This document shows positions 53,211 through 64,000 of a stretch of DNA of 64,000 nucleotides, one piece after another. Where the stretch lies: positions 75,580,001 through 75,644,000 of the forward strand of contig CM059432.1 in NCBI GenBank assembly GCA_030390025.1, written 5' to 3'. The position numbers were made by a program, and so were the translations under genes. The first letter of the stretch is position 1; the number at the start of each line of letters is the position of its first letter. This DNA is from Squalus acanthias. Its lineage: Eukaryota. Under the pieces are notes generated by a model that was not told the DNA's origin, made no database searches, and was given only the letters and a program-made list of their open reading frames with translations.

Positions 53211-53372
53211 ACTTTGTCCTACCAGCCAGACATTCCAGAGTAGGTAAAATGCTGTTACGATTAAATAATGTCAAATCTGGCTTGATATGTTAAATTATTT
53301 ACTGCCAGCCTTCCTTAAAGTACAAAGTAATACAAAGCGCACTCTGTCTAATTTATTCTGTTCAGAAAGGCT

Positions 53373-54207
53373 GGGGGGAATTTTCCCAGCCCTGGGGAGG
53401 CGGGACTGCTGGGAAAATGGCAGAAACTGGGAGCGGGTACCGAACCTGCTCCCAACCCGCCTCTGTGCCAACATTCCGGGAGGCGGGTCCTCGACTCGCA
53501 CAGGGACCCGTCTCCTTGAGGCGGGAAGGGGATTAGAGCCAATTAACTGCCTGTTAACAGGTAGTTAACAGGCAGTTTTGAGGCTTATCCCCATTTTACC
53601 CCTGCAAGTGCGGACTTCCCGACAGCTGCGAACCTCGCCAAGGTCAGCGAGGCGAGCAGTGGGTCTGCGGGGGTGAGAGGGATCGAAAAGTCCACTGTAG
53701 AGGTGAGTGATGGGTGCAAGTGTGGAGAGGTAAGTATGAGAAGTGAGTGTAAAGTGTTAGAAAAAGTTTACTTACCTTTGCTTCTTCCTGCAAGCTTCAA
53801 CCCTTGGAGATCCGGAGGTGCCTCATCTCAACGGCAGAGGTGACAGAATGGCTGCTGTATTCTCAGATGCAACACCCATCTGATTTCTGCTGAGGCAAGA
53901 GGTTTTGGTGAGCCTTCAGTGCAAGGGCTCACCTTAGAACAGAGATTGTCAGTGTTTGACAGCTTCTCAAAGCTGTCAAATGCTGACAATTCATCTGTCA
54001 AAATTTTTTCGACAGATGAAACGTCATACGCTGAGGTCCTCTGTCACCAGCTTTCCCTTAATTGGCCGGCTAAGCCAGGCAGGGTGGGCTTAACAAGGTC
54101 AATCAAGGGAAAATAGCTTGGGTTGGCCAGACGTCGTTGGGGGCGGGACTGAAACCCGAAAACGAGCAGTCCTGCCCCCAACGCGCCCCCATTGACAAAA
54201 TCCAGCC
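53373..54207. mobile_element. Family A element
   Basis: Ends are ggggggaatttt and aaaatccagcc. Collinear with the reverse complement of 36710-37555. Confidence 0.88.
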
Positions 54208-56083
54208 AAGAGTGCAAATACTGCTAACATTTGGAGTTAGAAAATATTGAGGTACAGATAAGGCATTAAGCTAAACCTAAAGTACATCAGCTCATTCAAT
54301 TATTCCATTACTGTCTTTACCTCCACATGAGAGACAGCATGCCTGGTAAAGGTGAGAGTGCTTCTGAATTATTGAAAAGGAAAAGTTTGACAGTTGATGT
54401 GGAGCAGCATTGTGTATTTGTGACATTGTGAAAATTCCTGTCAGCAGTGTTGGCATTTTTGTGCTTGTCTATGTGTCAGTTTTAATTAGTGTAACATCAG
54501 TAAAATAATGTAAAGTAAAAAGGACATGTAAATTAGTGAAGTGAAATTGAGTTTTAGGTTTATAGAGTGGGATTAAAATGACGCAGTGTTTTTGTCAAAG
54601 GCGATTATAGGTGTTGGGATTTGGGAAGCTGCCGATAACCAGCAAGATTCCAGCACTGAAAGATCTTGGAATCTGACCTCCCCTTGGGAATCAGGTTAAA
54701 ACTCACAACAAACACACATTTCATTACTTGTTCTTCTTCACAAGGTGTAAGAAAATTTGACCAAGTTCCTTTTGCTAGTCTTAGACATCTTTTAAATTTG
54801 TGGGTGACTTACTGCTAGTTTGTGCTGCTGTGCTTTCTCCTTCAATTGGAAGAGCTGAGGGTAGCATTTTCATATCTGCCTATTATAGCCCTCCATGTTA
54901 ACCAACAACAGCTGTGTAATATTGTGAACGCTGGTGACTTTTTAGTGATTTTATTGATTATGCGCTGTGGTTCTAATGGTCATAATTCACTGGGATAGAG
55001 AACAAATATTTTGTAGCCTCTCCCTTCTATCCTTGTTAATTGCACATGTTAAAATAATAGTGCAAAATGAATCGGTGCCGATTCCTCAGCTTTACTCTGT
55101 TGCTGCAGATTACCCTTGGATTAGAACACATGGTCCTTCAGTTAGGAGTCTAACAATCCAGTGTAGAAATATGTGGCTGCTCTACTGCCTGGCAGCCTAG
55201 TTTTGCTCAACATTTTTTGTTGCTTTGTCTATTTTTGGTTCCTATGAACCTGAATTTCAATGTAAAAACTCTGCTGCTTGTATGAGTATCTTTGTGAGTA
55301 TAGTAGGCATTACCTTCTCCCAAACTGACCTAATATATTTTCCAAATTGGCTCCGGTCAGATCAATTCCGACTTCAGAAACCAGCCCTCATTTCTGCTAC
55401 ATACAGCATGAAATCTGAAACAAAAGTAAAATACTGTTATTTTTCCCATTATATCTCATACAACCATTGCAGAAACAATACAAACTGGAGAACCCAATAC
55501 ATGCCTGACAGATCTCTCAGCAATCCCCACTCCTGAAAATCTCAGCCATCTAGCTAATATGCAAGACTGCCTTTCATTGTTATCTAGCACAGCCAAGAGG
55601 CAGCACTTTCTTCCTGAATGGCAGTTCCCTATTCTGAAAGACTCACCTGCAGACTCCTGGCATTCCTACTGACTGATATGCAATCTGCAATTTTTTTTCA
55701 CAATATAAACTATTTTCCACAGTAAGTGCAGACAATTGTCATCTTTTGGTGCAGAATGCCTTTTTTATTTTCCTTTGTTGTTTGTGAAATGATTACACGT
55801 TCATAGTGATAGGTTAATATTTATAGATCTGTTTCTTTTTAATTTAATGGATGCTTCAGTTGAGAATGGCCAAGGTCAGTGCTACAGTTCAAAACCTATT
55901 TCAACTTCAGATCAATGTGTTTTAGCTAATAGTCTTGAAGATTCTCCAGTTACTTTTTTTAAAGGTAGATGCCCTGTTACTTTGCTATGTTCAAGTAGAT
56001 CAAAATAAAGAGAAAGTATGTTAAACAAAACTCAGGGTGTGAAAATTTATAATGGAATGGGTTGTGTTGCCTTTTGCCTATCA

Positions 56084-56686
56084 CTTCTTCTTCTTTCGTA
56101 TGGTAGTAGCAAAGCAAATCAAATGTCAATATCGAAGTCAGATATCCAGGCCAAAGCTTGCGGTATAACAGCGTGGATATCTTGTAGGCTGCCTGCGAAT
56201 TTCCTCTGAGGGCCGTGCTCAATAATGTACTCCAGGATCTGATTAGGAGCTCCAGAAGTAACTGGAGAATCTTCAAGACTATTAGCTAAAACACATTGAT
56301 CTGAAGTCACATGATGGGGATGCTTTAATCATCCATCTATGGAGGAGGTGGCAGCATTTACCATGACCGGTTCTGAGGTGGTTGATGGTTGTCCACTGTT
56401 TGCGAGGAAGGTTTGATCCTTCAGGTAGTACTGTGGGGTCCTCTATAAGGAATCCATTCTGTATGTCATAGTTCTTCCGAGCATTTTACCATCGGTCATC
56501 AAGGCTGATGGGAGATCGCTGAAGGGCTTCGGTGACGGTCCAAAATGGCCTTCTAGATTTGAGACGGGTTGGTGGTAGGTTGTTCAAGTCGGCCTGGATC
56601 GGCATGTCTTTGCTGGTGTAGCGGTTGTATTCTCTGGAGACTGCATATTCGCGGAGTAGGTGTGGTGGTGCGATGTTTGCAAGCAC
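56084..56686 (-). mobile_element. RTE-X-like LINE 3' fragment
   Basis: Motifs LANIAPPHLLRE, RLKSRRPF, LRTGHGKC and a split SCD/GAPNQ..II.H zinc-finger-like C-terminus. Ends in an (AAG)n tail. Confidence 0.75.
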
Positions 56687-57203
56687 TTAAAGATTAATAG
56701 CGCAGGTTTGTTCACTGATGTTCATTCAGAAACTGATGTGAAATGAATATTAAAGCTCAGGGACTTTGTACAAACAGCAGAACATTTGTTTGGGAGAACA
56801 ATGTGGGTCTGTTTGTTTCCAAAGCTTATTCTATTGAGAGAATTTCTTCTTCGGGGGTAACTCAAAGAAACCCTTCGAGCGTTGATGACTGAGAACAGGG
56901 CCTTACTTTCCAGTGTGGAAAGCAGAAGTAACCAAAACATTTAGCTTACAATTTAAAGAAATATAAAGTACATCAACTGAAGCTGGTGATGTTTATTGGC
57001 TCTTTTGTCTCTTTCCCCTCATCCCACTTGTCTTCTTACACAATTCATGATCTCTAATAGAATAATAATTCTATTAAATTAATGATTAAATAAAACTGAG
57101 CTCCTGGTCTGGACTGTTTAGAATGTGGTTGCATTCGTTAGTCAAGTCTGTAAGAATTTCTTAATGCTGCTCTGCTTGAGATGAACAGACCAGCAAAGCC
57201 CTG

Positions 57204-58999
57204 GGCCACGATTTTGCTCACCTCGGTGGGTCCGTGGCAGGCGACGTCGGTGGCGGGTCGCGACCCTGCTGCTGGCTCCATCCCGCTCTGTGAAATGACT
57301 TTCCCTTGATGGGGCTTGTTAAGCCCGCCGAACGCATTTCCCAGCCAATTAGAGGAAGCGGGTCTGGTGACGTAATTTGATGACGCGTCATCAGCTGGTT
57401 TCTTTAAAGGGACCATGGCCAACTTTATTTTGACAGTTCTGCTGTCAGTGTTCTACAGCATTGAAGGTGCTGCAAACACTGACAAGCACTGCACAGAGGT
57501 GCACGGCTGCACCCAGGCTCTCCCATGACTCCCTCCATATGCTTATGGAGGGAATCACAGCAGGCAAGGAGGTTCTCTTCCCTTCCCATGGGCAGAAGAC
57601 CTCCCCAGGAGATCAACACAGCCTGGTTGCACATTGCAGAGGAGGGCACAAGCAGGGATGTGGTCAGGAGGACCTGGGTGCAGTGCTGCAAACGTTTCAA
57701 TGATCTCATTAGATCACGAAATGTTAGTACAAAGCCATATTCAATCTCATCCTGCTGTGCCTCTTATCACATCCCCATCACTCTGCCTTCCCTACCCTAC
57801 TCCTGCACATCCTTACTCACACCAACTTACCTTACACCTCCACCCATCCCTCTCTATCTACATTATCACATCCCCATCTCACTAGCCACCCCTCACACTT
57901 ACCCTCATCCTAGTGCAATCATACCAACTAACAACACACAAGGGTAGGCACTTGGGTGTTTTATCCAATGTTCATTTAAAGTTTCTGTTAATGTGCTGTC
58001 AAACATTATAACCTTTATTTTCAACACTTTGCATTCTTGGACAGATTTGTGCGTACCTTTGGAAGTGGCTTAGTGAGTTGCAATGAATGGTGAGACATAA
58101 CGGTACCCCCCGCAACCTCCCCCCCCCCCCCTGCACCCCCTCGCCCCAGCCCCCACAATGATGATGAGTGTGAAAGGAATGGTTTGGGCATTGTAGGGAT
58201 GCTTTATGGTGTTGGTGTGAGGTGGTGCCAACCTGGCGCATCATGGGCCAACCAGGTGTGCAGCATGAAGTGAAGCAAATCTGGCCATGGTGAGGCCATC
58301 CCTGGCCTCCCGGGCTGCAATGTTGTCGGGTGCTGATGCCCTCTGCCCTGTGCAGCATCAGTTGGTTGCGGAGAAGGTTGGTGTTGTTGTTGGTGCTGCT
58401 GGTGTTGGGGCTGATCGTGGTGGGATTCTGAGGACCAAGGTGAGAGAGTATAAAGGGCACCCATACTGATGGAATAGATGGCAGGTGAAGTAGAGATGAC
58501 AGAAGCGATCCGTCAATGGTGAGAGGGGTAATGAAGTTAGATGGATGGAGACTTGTGTAAAGACTTGCAGCATGGTGAATCTGTTGTGTAAATGCAGTGA
58601 GGAAAGCTGAGGGAAGATATCTCTGTAAGGTGGGAGCTTTTACTTTACATTTGAAGCTGTCAACTCAACAGCTAATTCAATGGCCACTGAACTCCCGCCT
58701 CAACTTGACAGACGTGGTCCATGACCAGCGTGGACCCCGTGGGCGAGCTGTCAAATGTAAAAGATAAGTTGAAAATCATTCTTAAGTGGCTCTAAACAAG
58801 CCACTAATTACCTGAATTGGGTCCCCAGCTGTGAACCCGCCGCTGCGTGTCGGGACTGCTCAGCACTGACAGACCCGACATTGGGAAAGGCGCATGGTGG
58901 CAGGTTCACAGCGGGTTCCTGACCCACTGTCAAAAATATCAAATTTCCAACCCGACCCACCACCAATCCCGTCTGCTGACCCCCCGTAAAATTCTGGTC
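57204..58999. mobile_element. Non-autonomous Harbinger deletion derivative (family C)
   Basis: Degenerate TIRs with TSD CTG. Myb exon 1 remnant on + (RRTWVQCCKRFNDL). Poly-Q transposase N-terminus on - (ORF 58204-58464). Confidence 0.9.
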
Positions 59000-59181
59000 C
59001 TGGTGTTTGATCTCTGGTCTGTACTGATTTTGCAGATCTCTGCTGGAGTGGTGCTCAGGGCCATGCAGTTAGTCTGATCGCACATCACTATCTGAGCTTG
59101 TATGTGGAAAATATCATTTAGACAAGCTACCAAAGAGGAACCAGCTTGAGTTAACACCTACATGAAAGGGGAAAAAATGTT

Positions 59182-60860
59182 GTCCTAGAAATTCGATTGT
59201 GTCAGAAAACAGTGCTGGGATTTCATTATAATGTTTCAGGCATGCAACTAGTGCGACCCGCGCTGTTCATTGGCTGCACGTCTATTTGGCGGGGGGGGGG
59301 GGGGGGGTGCGGGTGGGGGGTGGAAGGGAACTCAGGCTTCACTGACGCACTTAAAGACTTAAAAGCAGGCAGCATCTCTGAAAAGGGAAATGCACTTTGT
59401 GTGCAGACAACAGGGGAACATTCCTGAACATGGAAATGGCTGGAAGAAGTACAGAGAGGGCACCCAGATTCTGTGATGCCACCTTGGAGGTTCTGGTCCA
59501 GCTGGTGGACAGCTGGAGGAAGATCCTGTTCCCGCCTGGGCCAGAAAGCCCCCCCACCAGGCAATATCTCCTCCACCAGTGGGAAGAGGTTGCAGAGGAA
59601 GTTAATTCCAGAAGCCTAGCTCCCAGAATATGGCTGCAATGCCAAAAGAAGTTCAGTGATCTCACCAGAGTTTTCAAGGTATGTATACTGTTGTTTGCTC
59701 ACACCTTTACCACTTCCAGCCTCACTACTCACAATAGTCCCCTCATCTGCTTCCTTTCACTCTCCTACAATCTCTGCACCACACTTCACTCCACCTCCTT
59801 CTTCTCATACACACACACTCACCACTATTGCAACCTTTACTTTCCCACACCTTACATCTTTCACACTGCATGCCAACTGCATGCCAACTACTTGACAACA
59901 ACAGGCACATTCTCTAAGCATCTCATAAGACTGTCCTTAACACATTCCCTTCTTTCTTGCAGGAGAAGGCCTGAAGGTGCACCGTCACTCGATCTGACCC
60001 TATCAAGCACCAGCTCAAAGACTGGCACCACGTGTACTTTAAAGGCTAGGCTAGAGAAGGGACCTTTATGTGGTGAATCACCAGGCACAAGTGTGCAGCA
60101 GCTAAGGCAGAGGGATAGGGCTCCATAAATGCCATCTCGCCGGAGGGCAAGATAACACAAAAAGTGTGCTGCAGAGGTCTCAGATGCTGACTTCGAGGGC
60201 CCAGTCTACCAAAGAAGGCTGATGGGCATACACCAGGAAATGCTAGGTACATTGGAAGCCTGTCAGCGAGCTTGCACACAATGACCCACACTGCTGCCAT
60301 GGAAGCTTAGGTGGTTGCCACCTTGGCTCTGGAGGTCAGTGTTAACAGGGTCTTTCAGAGCATCACATCACGCCCTGTTCTTGTGCAGAGCCGCAGGAGT
60401 ACATAGGCACAGTCCCAGGAGAGTGGCCGTAGCTCCATGAGAGAGGCACCTGGGATGGGAAGGATGCACTGTTGAATGAGCTGCTTTTTGAGAGCCCTGA
60501 CACCAAGGGCTCTGGTGGTTGATGCCGCTCCTGCTTTTTCCCCTGTTTATGCTCCTCCTCCTCTTGTTGCACTTTTTGCTGACCAGTGGTAGTAAGGGCT
60601 GGTCCCTCGTGATGGCAAAGTTGTGCAACATGCAACAGATGACCACAAATCTGGATACCTCATTAGGACTGTACTGAAAAGCTCCTCTCGAACGCTCCAG
60701 GCAGCGAAAGCATTGTTTGAGCAGACCGACTGTCTGGTGGATGATGTTTTGGTGGCAGCATGGCTCACCTTGTATGCTACCATTGCAGCTGTGTGCAGGT
60801 TCCTGACAGGACTCATGAGCCAAGTCTGAAAGTCTTGTTGCCCAGTAGCCAGCCTGTAAC
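59182..60860 (-). mobile_element. Decayed two-gene Harbinger (copy 3), transposase end missing
   Basis: TIR-like gtcctagaaatt. Myb gene on +. Transposase C-terminal remnant on - (CFRCLERS.GAFQYSP..CCMLHNFA, 60540-60860). Confidence 0.78.
59430..59678 (+). pseudogene. Harbinger Myb/SANT exon 1 (open, 83 codons)
   Basis: Translates MEMAGRSTERAPRFCDATLEVLV...WEEVAEEVNSRSLAPRIWLQCQKKFSDLTRVFK, then donor gtatgt. Next acceptor is tttcttgcag|GAGAAG at 59963. Confidence 0.85.
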
Positions 60861-61414
60861 CTGACAGCCTGGTTGGAATAAAGGCAGCACAGAGGACTGG
60901 CGCAGGATCTATGCATCATGACTGCCCTACCAAACCACCCATGACTGCAGTAAAACTGCTTTGAAGACAGCCAACTACATCAACAGAGCCTGGCTACTGA
61001 TGTGGAGTAAAAAGGGGAGTGTGGTTGCAGAGAGGCAGTTCTTCTAAAATAGGTATGTACAAAAGTAACTTTGGAGTGTATGAAGTATGGCAGTCTTGAA
61101 CACCTTCAAATTTGTGTAAAAAAAGGGAATGTGAGCTGACTGTAGGCTTGCTGAGCCAATTTTCATGTCTGCTATTATCAACCAGCAATTCATTTTTTTA
61201 AATTACTGTCAGAATTCAGTGAGTATGAATTGAACTGAAATCCAAACTACAGTCTCAAACTGATTAACCCTCCTCCTCAATATGTTGTAAGTTTATGTTT
61301 CATTGCATTTTTCTTGTACCATATACACTGGTTAAACTTCTCTGTCTACGTTGTGAGGCACCATATGCACAGACCCCGGTGAAGCTGACTTAGTGGGTAA
61401 ACATTCCACTTAAT

Positions 61415-63545
61415 GGGCTGAACTTTTACTTTGAAGAGTGTGCGGGTTTGCGAGTGGGCGAGCGCTGAAATTGACAACATGTCGGGAAGCCGGTTTCAAC
61501 CCGTCGGCTTCCGCCTTTAACTCGGGCGCGTTAATCAGCGTGTGAGAGACCCCTTCAGGAGAGGTGGGTGACCTAATTAAAGCAATTTATAGATCGTTAA
61601 GATGCTATTAATAGCCTTTATTACCTGATGTTGCAGCTTTTACTGGCTGTCCACGGGATTCCCGGGCTTGCTGAACCTCGCCAGTGAAAGTAAGGCGAGA
61701 GCACAGCGGTAATTGTGGGAGCTGAACAAATAACAGTTAAAAAAAATTCACATAGATACTCACACCTCACACCTGCTTCCTTGCCCAAGGGAAAGGCTCT
61801 TGCTGACACCACTTGTGCTGAGAGTTAGCTTTCCGGAGTTTGCAGGTGATTTCTACAACTTTGGAAGTCACTCTCACTACATTGGAGGATTGTGCCTCTG
61901 ATAGCCACTTTACCTCTGTCATATATCAGATCAGCAGGGGTGCCACGTATGCTGTTTCACCTTGGACCTCAGATGAGGACCAAGATGAGCCCCAGCAGCA
62001 ACAACACCAGCAACACCAGCAGGAGCAGCAGCAGTCTTCTCCTCTAACAGGAAAGAGGGGATGAGCAGAGGGGTGCACCTCACAGGAGGCAATACCCCCA
62101 ACACAGGGTATATAGGCAGAGGATCAACTTCCTGGACACGACTGAACAGCAGAGCCTCAGGAGGCTCAGGCTATCGCGTCAGGTCATGGCAGACATTTAT
62201 AGCCTGCTGGAAGACCTGCTGCCACGTGGACCTGGTGGACACGCCTTACCAGTGACTGTCAAACTCAACACCGCCATCAACTTATTTGCCTCAGGCTCCT
62301 TCCAGGGATCTGCAGCAAACATTTGCAGGATCTCGCAGTTGGCCGCCCACAAATGCATTACCAAGGTGACTGATGTCATGTTTGACAAGGCAGGCACTAA
62401 TGTACAATTTGCCACTGATGAAGCCAGTCAGACTGAGCGGGCGCTCGGCTTTGCGGCTCTGGCTGACTTTCCACAGGTGTAGGACGTCATCGACTGCACA
62501 CATGTGGCCATCAAGGCACCCCATCATAACCCAGGAGTGTTTGTGAACTGCAAGGGTTTTCTCTCCATCAATGTGCAGCTCATCTGCAACCACAAAAAGA
62601 TCATAATGCATGTGTACGCCAGATTCCCAGGGAGCTATCATGATTCATTTGTCCTGCGCCAGTCTTCCCTCCCTCAGCTCTTCGCACCTCTGACCAGACA
62701 TACCGGCTGGCTGCTTGGGGACAAGGGGTAGCCACTGAAGACGTGGCTGATGACACCCTTGAGGAGGCCAAGCAATGAGGCCGAAGATCACTACAATCAA
62801 AGCCAAATGACGATGAGATGTGCAATAGAGCAAGCAATCGGAATGCTAAAAATGTGCATCAGATTCTTGGACAGATCTGGAGGAGCCCTTCAATACACAC
62901 CAGCCAGGGTCTCCCGAATGATCGTCGCTTGCTGCATGCATCACAACAGAGCACAGCAGCGAGGATTGGAGCTGCAGGAGGAACAAGGCGCAGAGCGCAG
63001 AGCCTCTTTGGAGGAGTAGGAGCAGGAGGAACACGAGGAGGAGGAGGAGGAGGAACCTGAAGTGGACATGACACCAGCAGTGGCGCACACTGCTTCCCGG
63101 GAGGCCCAGGATGGTCTCATAATGGCATGATTTAGTTACGTTGCATCAGTGCACCCATATGACACCCATATGCTGAACCAACATCCCCCCCACACGCCTC
63201 CCCACCACAAAGCAGTCCTAATGTCCAAACCATTCCAGTCACACACATCCATTGCTTGAGGTTAAGTAATGTCTTACCATTCACATCAACTGACAAGGCC
63301 ACTTGCCAGGCAGCAGGCAAAAATGGACAAGACTAGAAGGTTGTGCAAAGAAATAATTTTACGTGGCACAAAAAGTAAACAGAAACTTAACGATCTAACA
63401 TTTTATAATACACCCATGTGCATACCCTTGTGCATCTACAATTGTTTAATCTTTCTCTCCCTACAATTCCTATGCCATGCAACACCTGTGGCTTCAGCAG
63501 AGGTAGAGGCAGGCTGCTCACTTCCCTGCTCTGACTGTTTAGATA
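61415..63545 (+). mobile_element. Two-gene Harbinger (copy 4): left TIR, transposase pseudogene, Myb 3' end
   Basis: TIR is gggctgaacttt. Transposase at about 61935-63130 (poly-[24 protein letters not shown], poly-E) with stops at about 62480, 62729 and 63017. Interrupted by a LINE at 63546. Confidence 0.88.
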
Positions 63546-64000
63546 CTTTTTTATTATTTGTTTATGGGATGTGGGCGTCACTGGCAAGGCCAGCATTTAT
63601 TGCCCATCCTTAATTGCCACCTTCTTGAAACGCTGCAGTCCATGTGGTGAAGGTACTCCCACAGTGCTATTAGGGAGGGAGTTCCAGGATTTTGACCCAG
63701 CGATGATGAAGGAACGGCGATATACTTCTAAGTCAGGATAGTGTGTGACTTGGAGGGGAACTTGGAGGTGGTGGTGTTCCCATGCATCTGCTGCCCTTGT
63801 CCTTCTAGGTGGAAGAGGTCGCGGGTTTGGGAGGTGCTGCCGAAGAAGCCATGGCGAGTTGCTGCAGTGCCTCTTGTAGATGGTACATACTGCAGCCACG
63901 GTACGCCGGTGGTGGAGGGAGTGAATGTTTAAGGTGGTGGATGGGGTGCCAATCAAGCGGGCTGTTTTGTACTGGATGGTGTCGAGCTTCTTGAGTGTTG
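63546..64000 (-). mobile_element. 3' end of the distinct CR1/L2-group LINE
   Basis: Reverse-complement match to 19740-20212. Confidence 0.88.

Noticed and set aside
53984..54026. Hammerhead-like CTGA...GAAAC in family A
   Set aside because: There is no CTGANGA core and no stem I. It is better explained as the DNA palindrome reported above.

Overview
This is vertebrate genomic DNA, almost certainly from a shark or ray. The evidence is an HE1-type V-SINE, a DeuSINE, esterase-ORF1 CR1 LINEs and a Penelope-type fragment. The window lies inside one + strand host gene: two internal coding exons (10577-10714 and 48800-48880) encode an NKAIN-family Na+/K+-ATPase-interacting protein, best matching NKAIN3. 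Most of the remainder is intronic transposon sequence. It includes stacked and nested CR1 LINEs, L2 and RTE-X fragments, SINEs and a Tigger-like MITE. It also holds an unusually dense population of PIF/Harbinger elements: four two-gene (DDE transposase plus convergent Myb/SANT) copies, older fossils and over a dozen non-autonomous derivatives. The most striking signal is Harbinger target specificity. Two different Harbinger elements, in opposite orientations, sit at the identical nucleotide of CR1 ORF2 in two separate CR1 copies. Reconstructed empty sites resemble the ~15-bp zebrafish Harbinger3_DR target, one at 14/15. Other signals are a hammerhead-ribozyme-core insertion with a 12-bp TSD, a perfect 52-bp inverted templated insertion, and a MITE carrying a complete candidate poison exon in frame with NKAIN exon 2. 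Family names come from recognition by eye, not database searches, and boundaries without a TSD are approximate.
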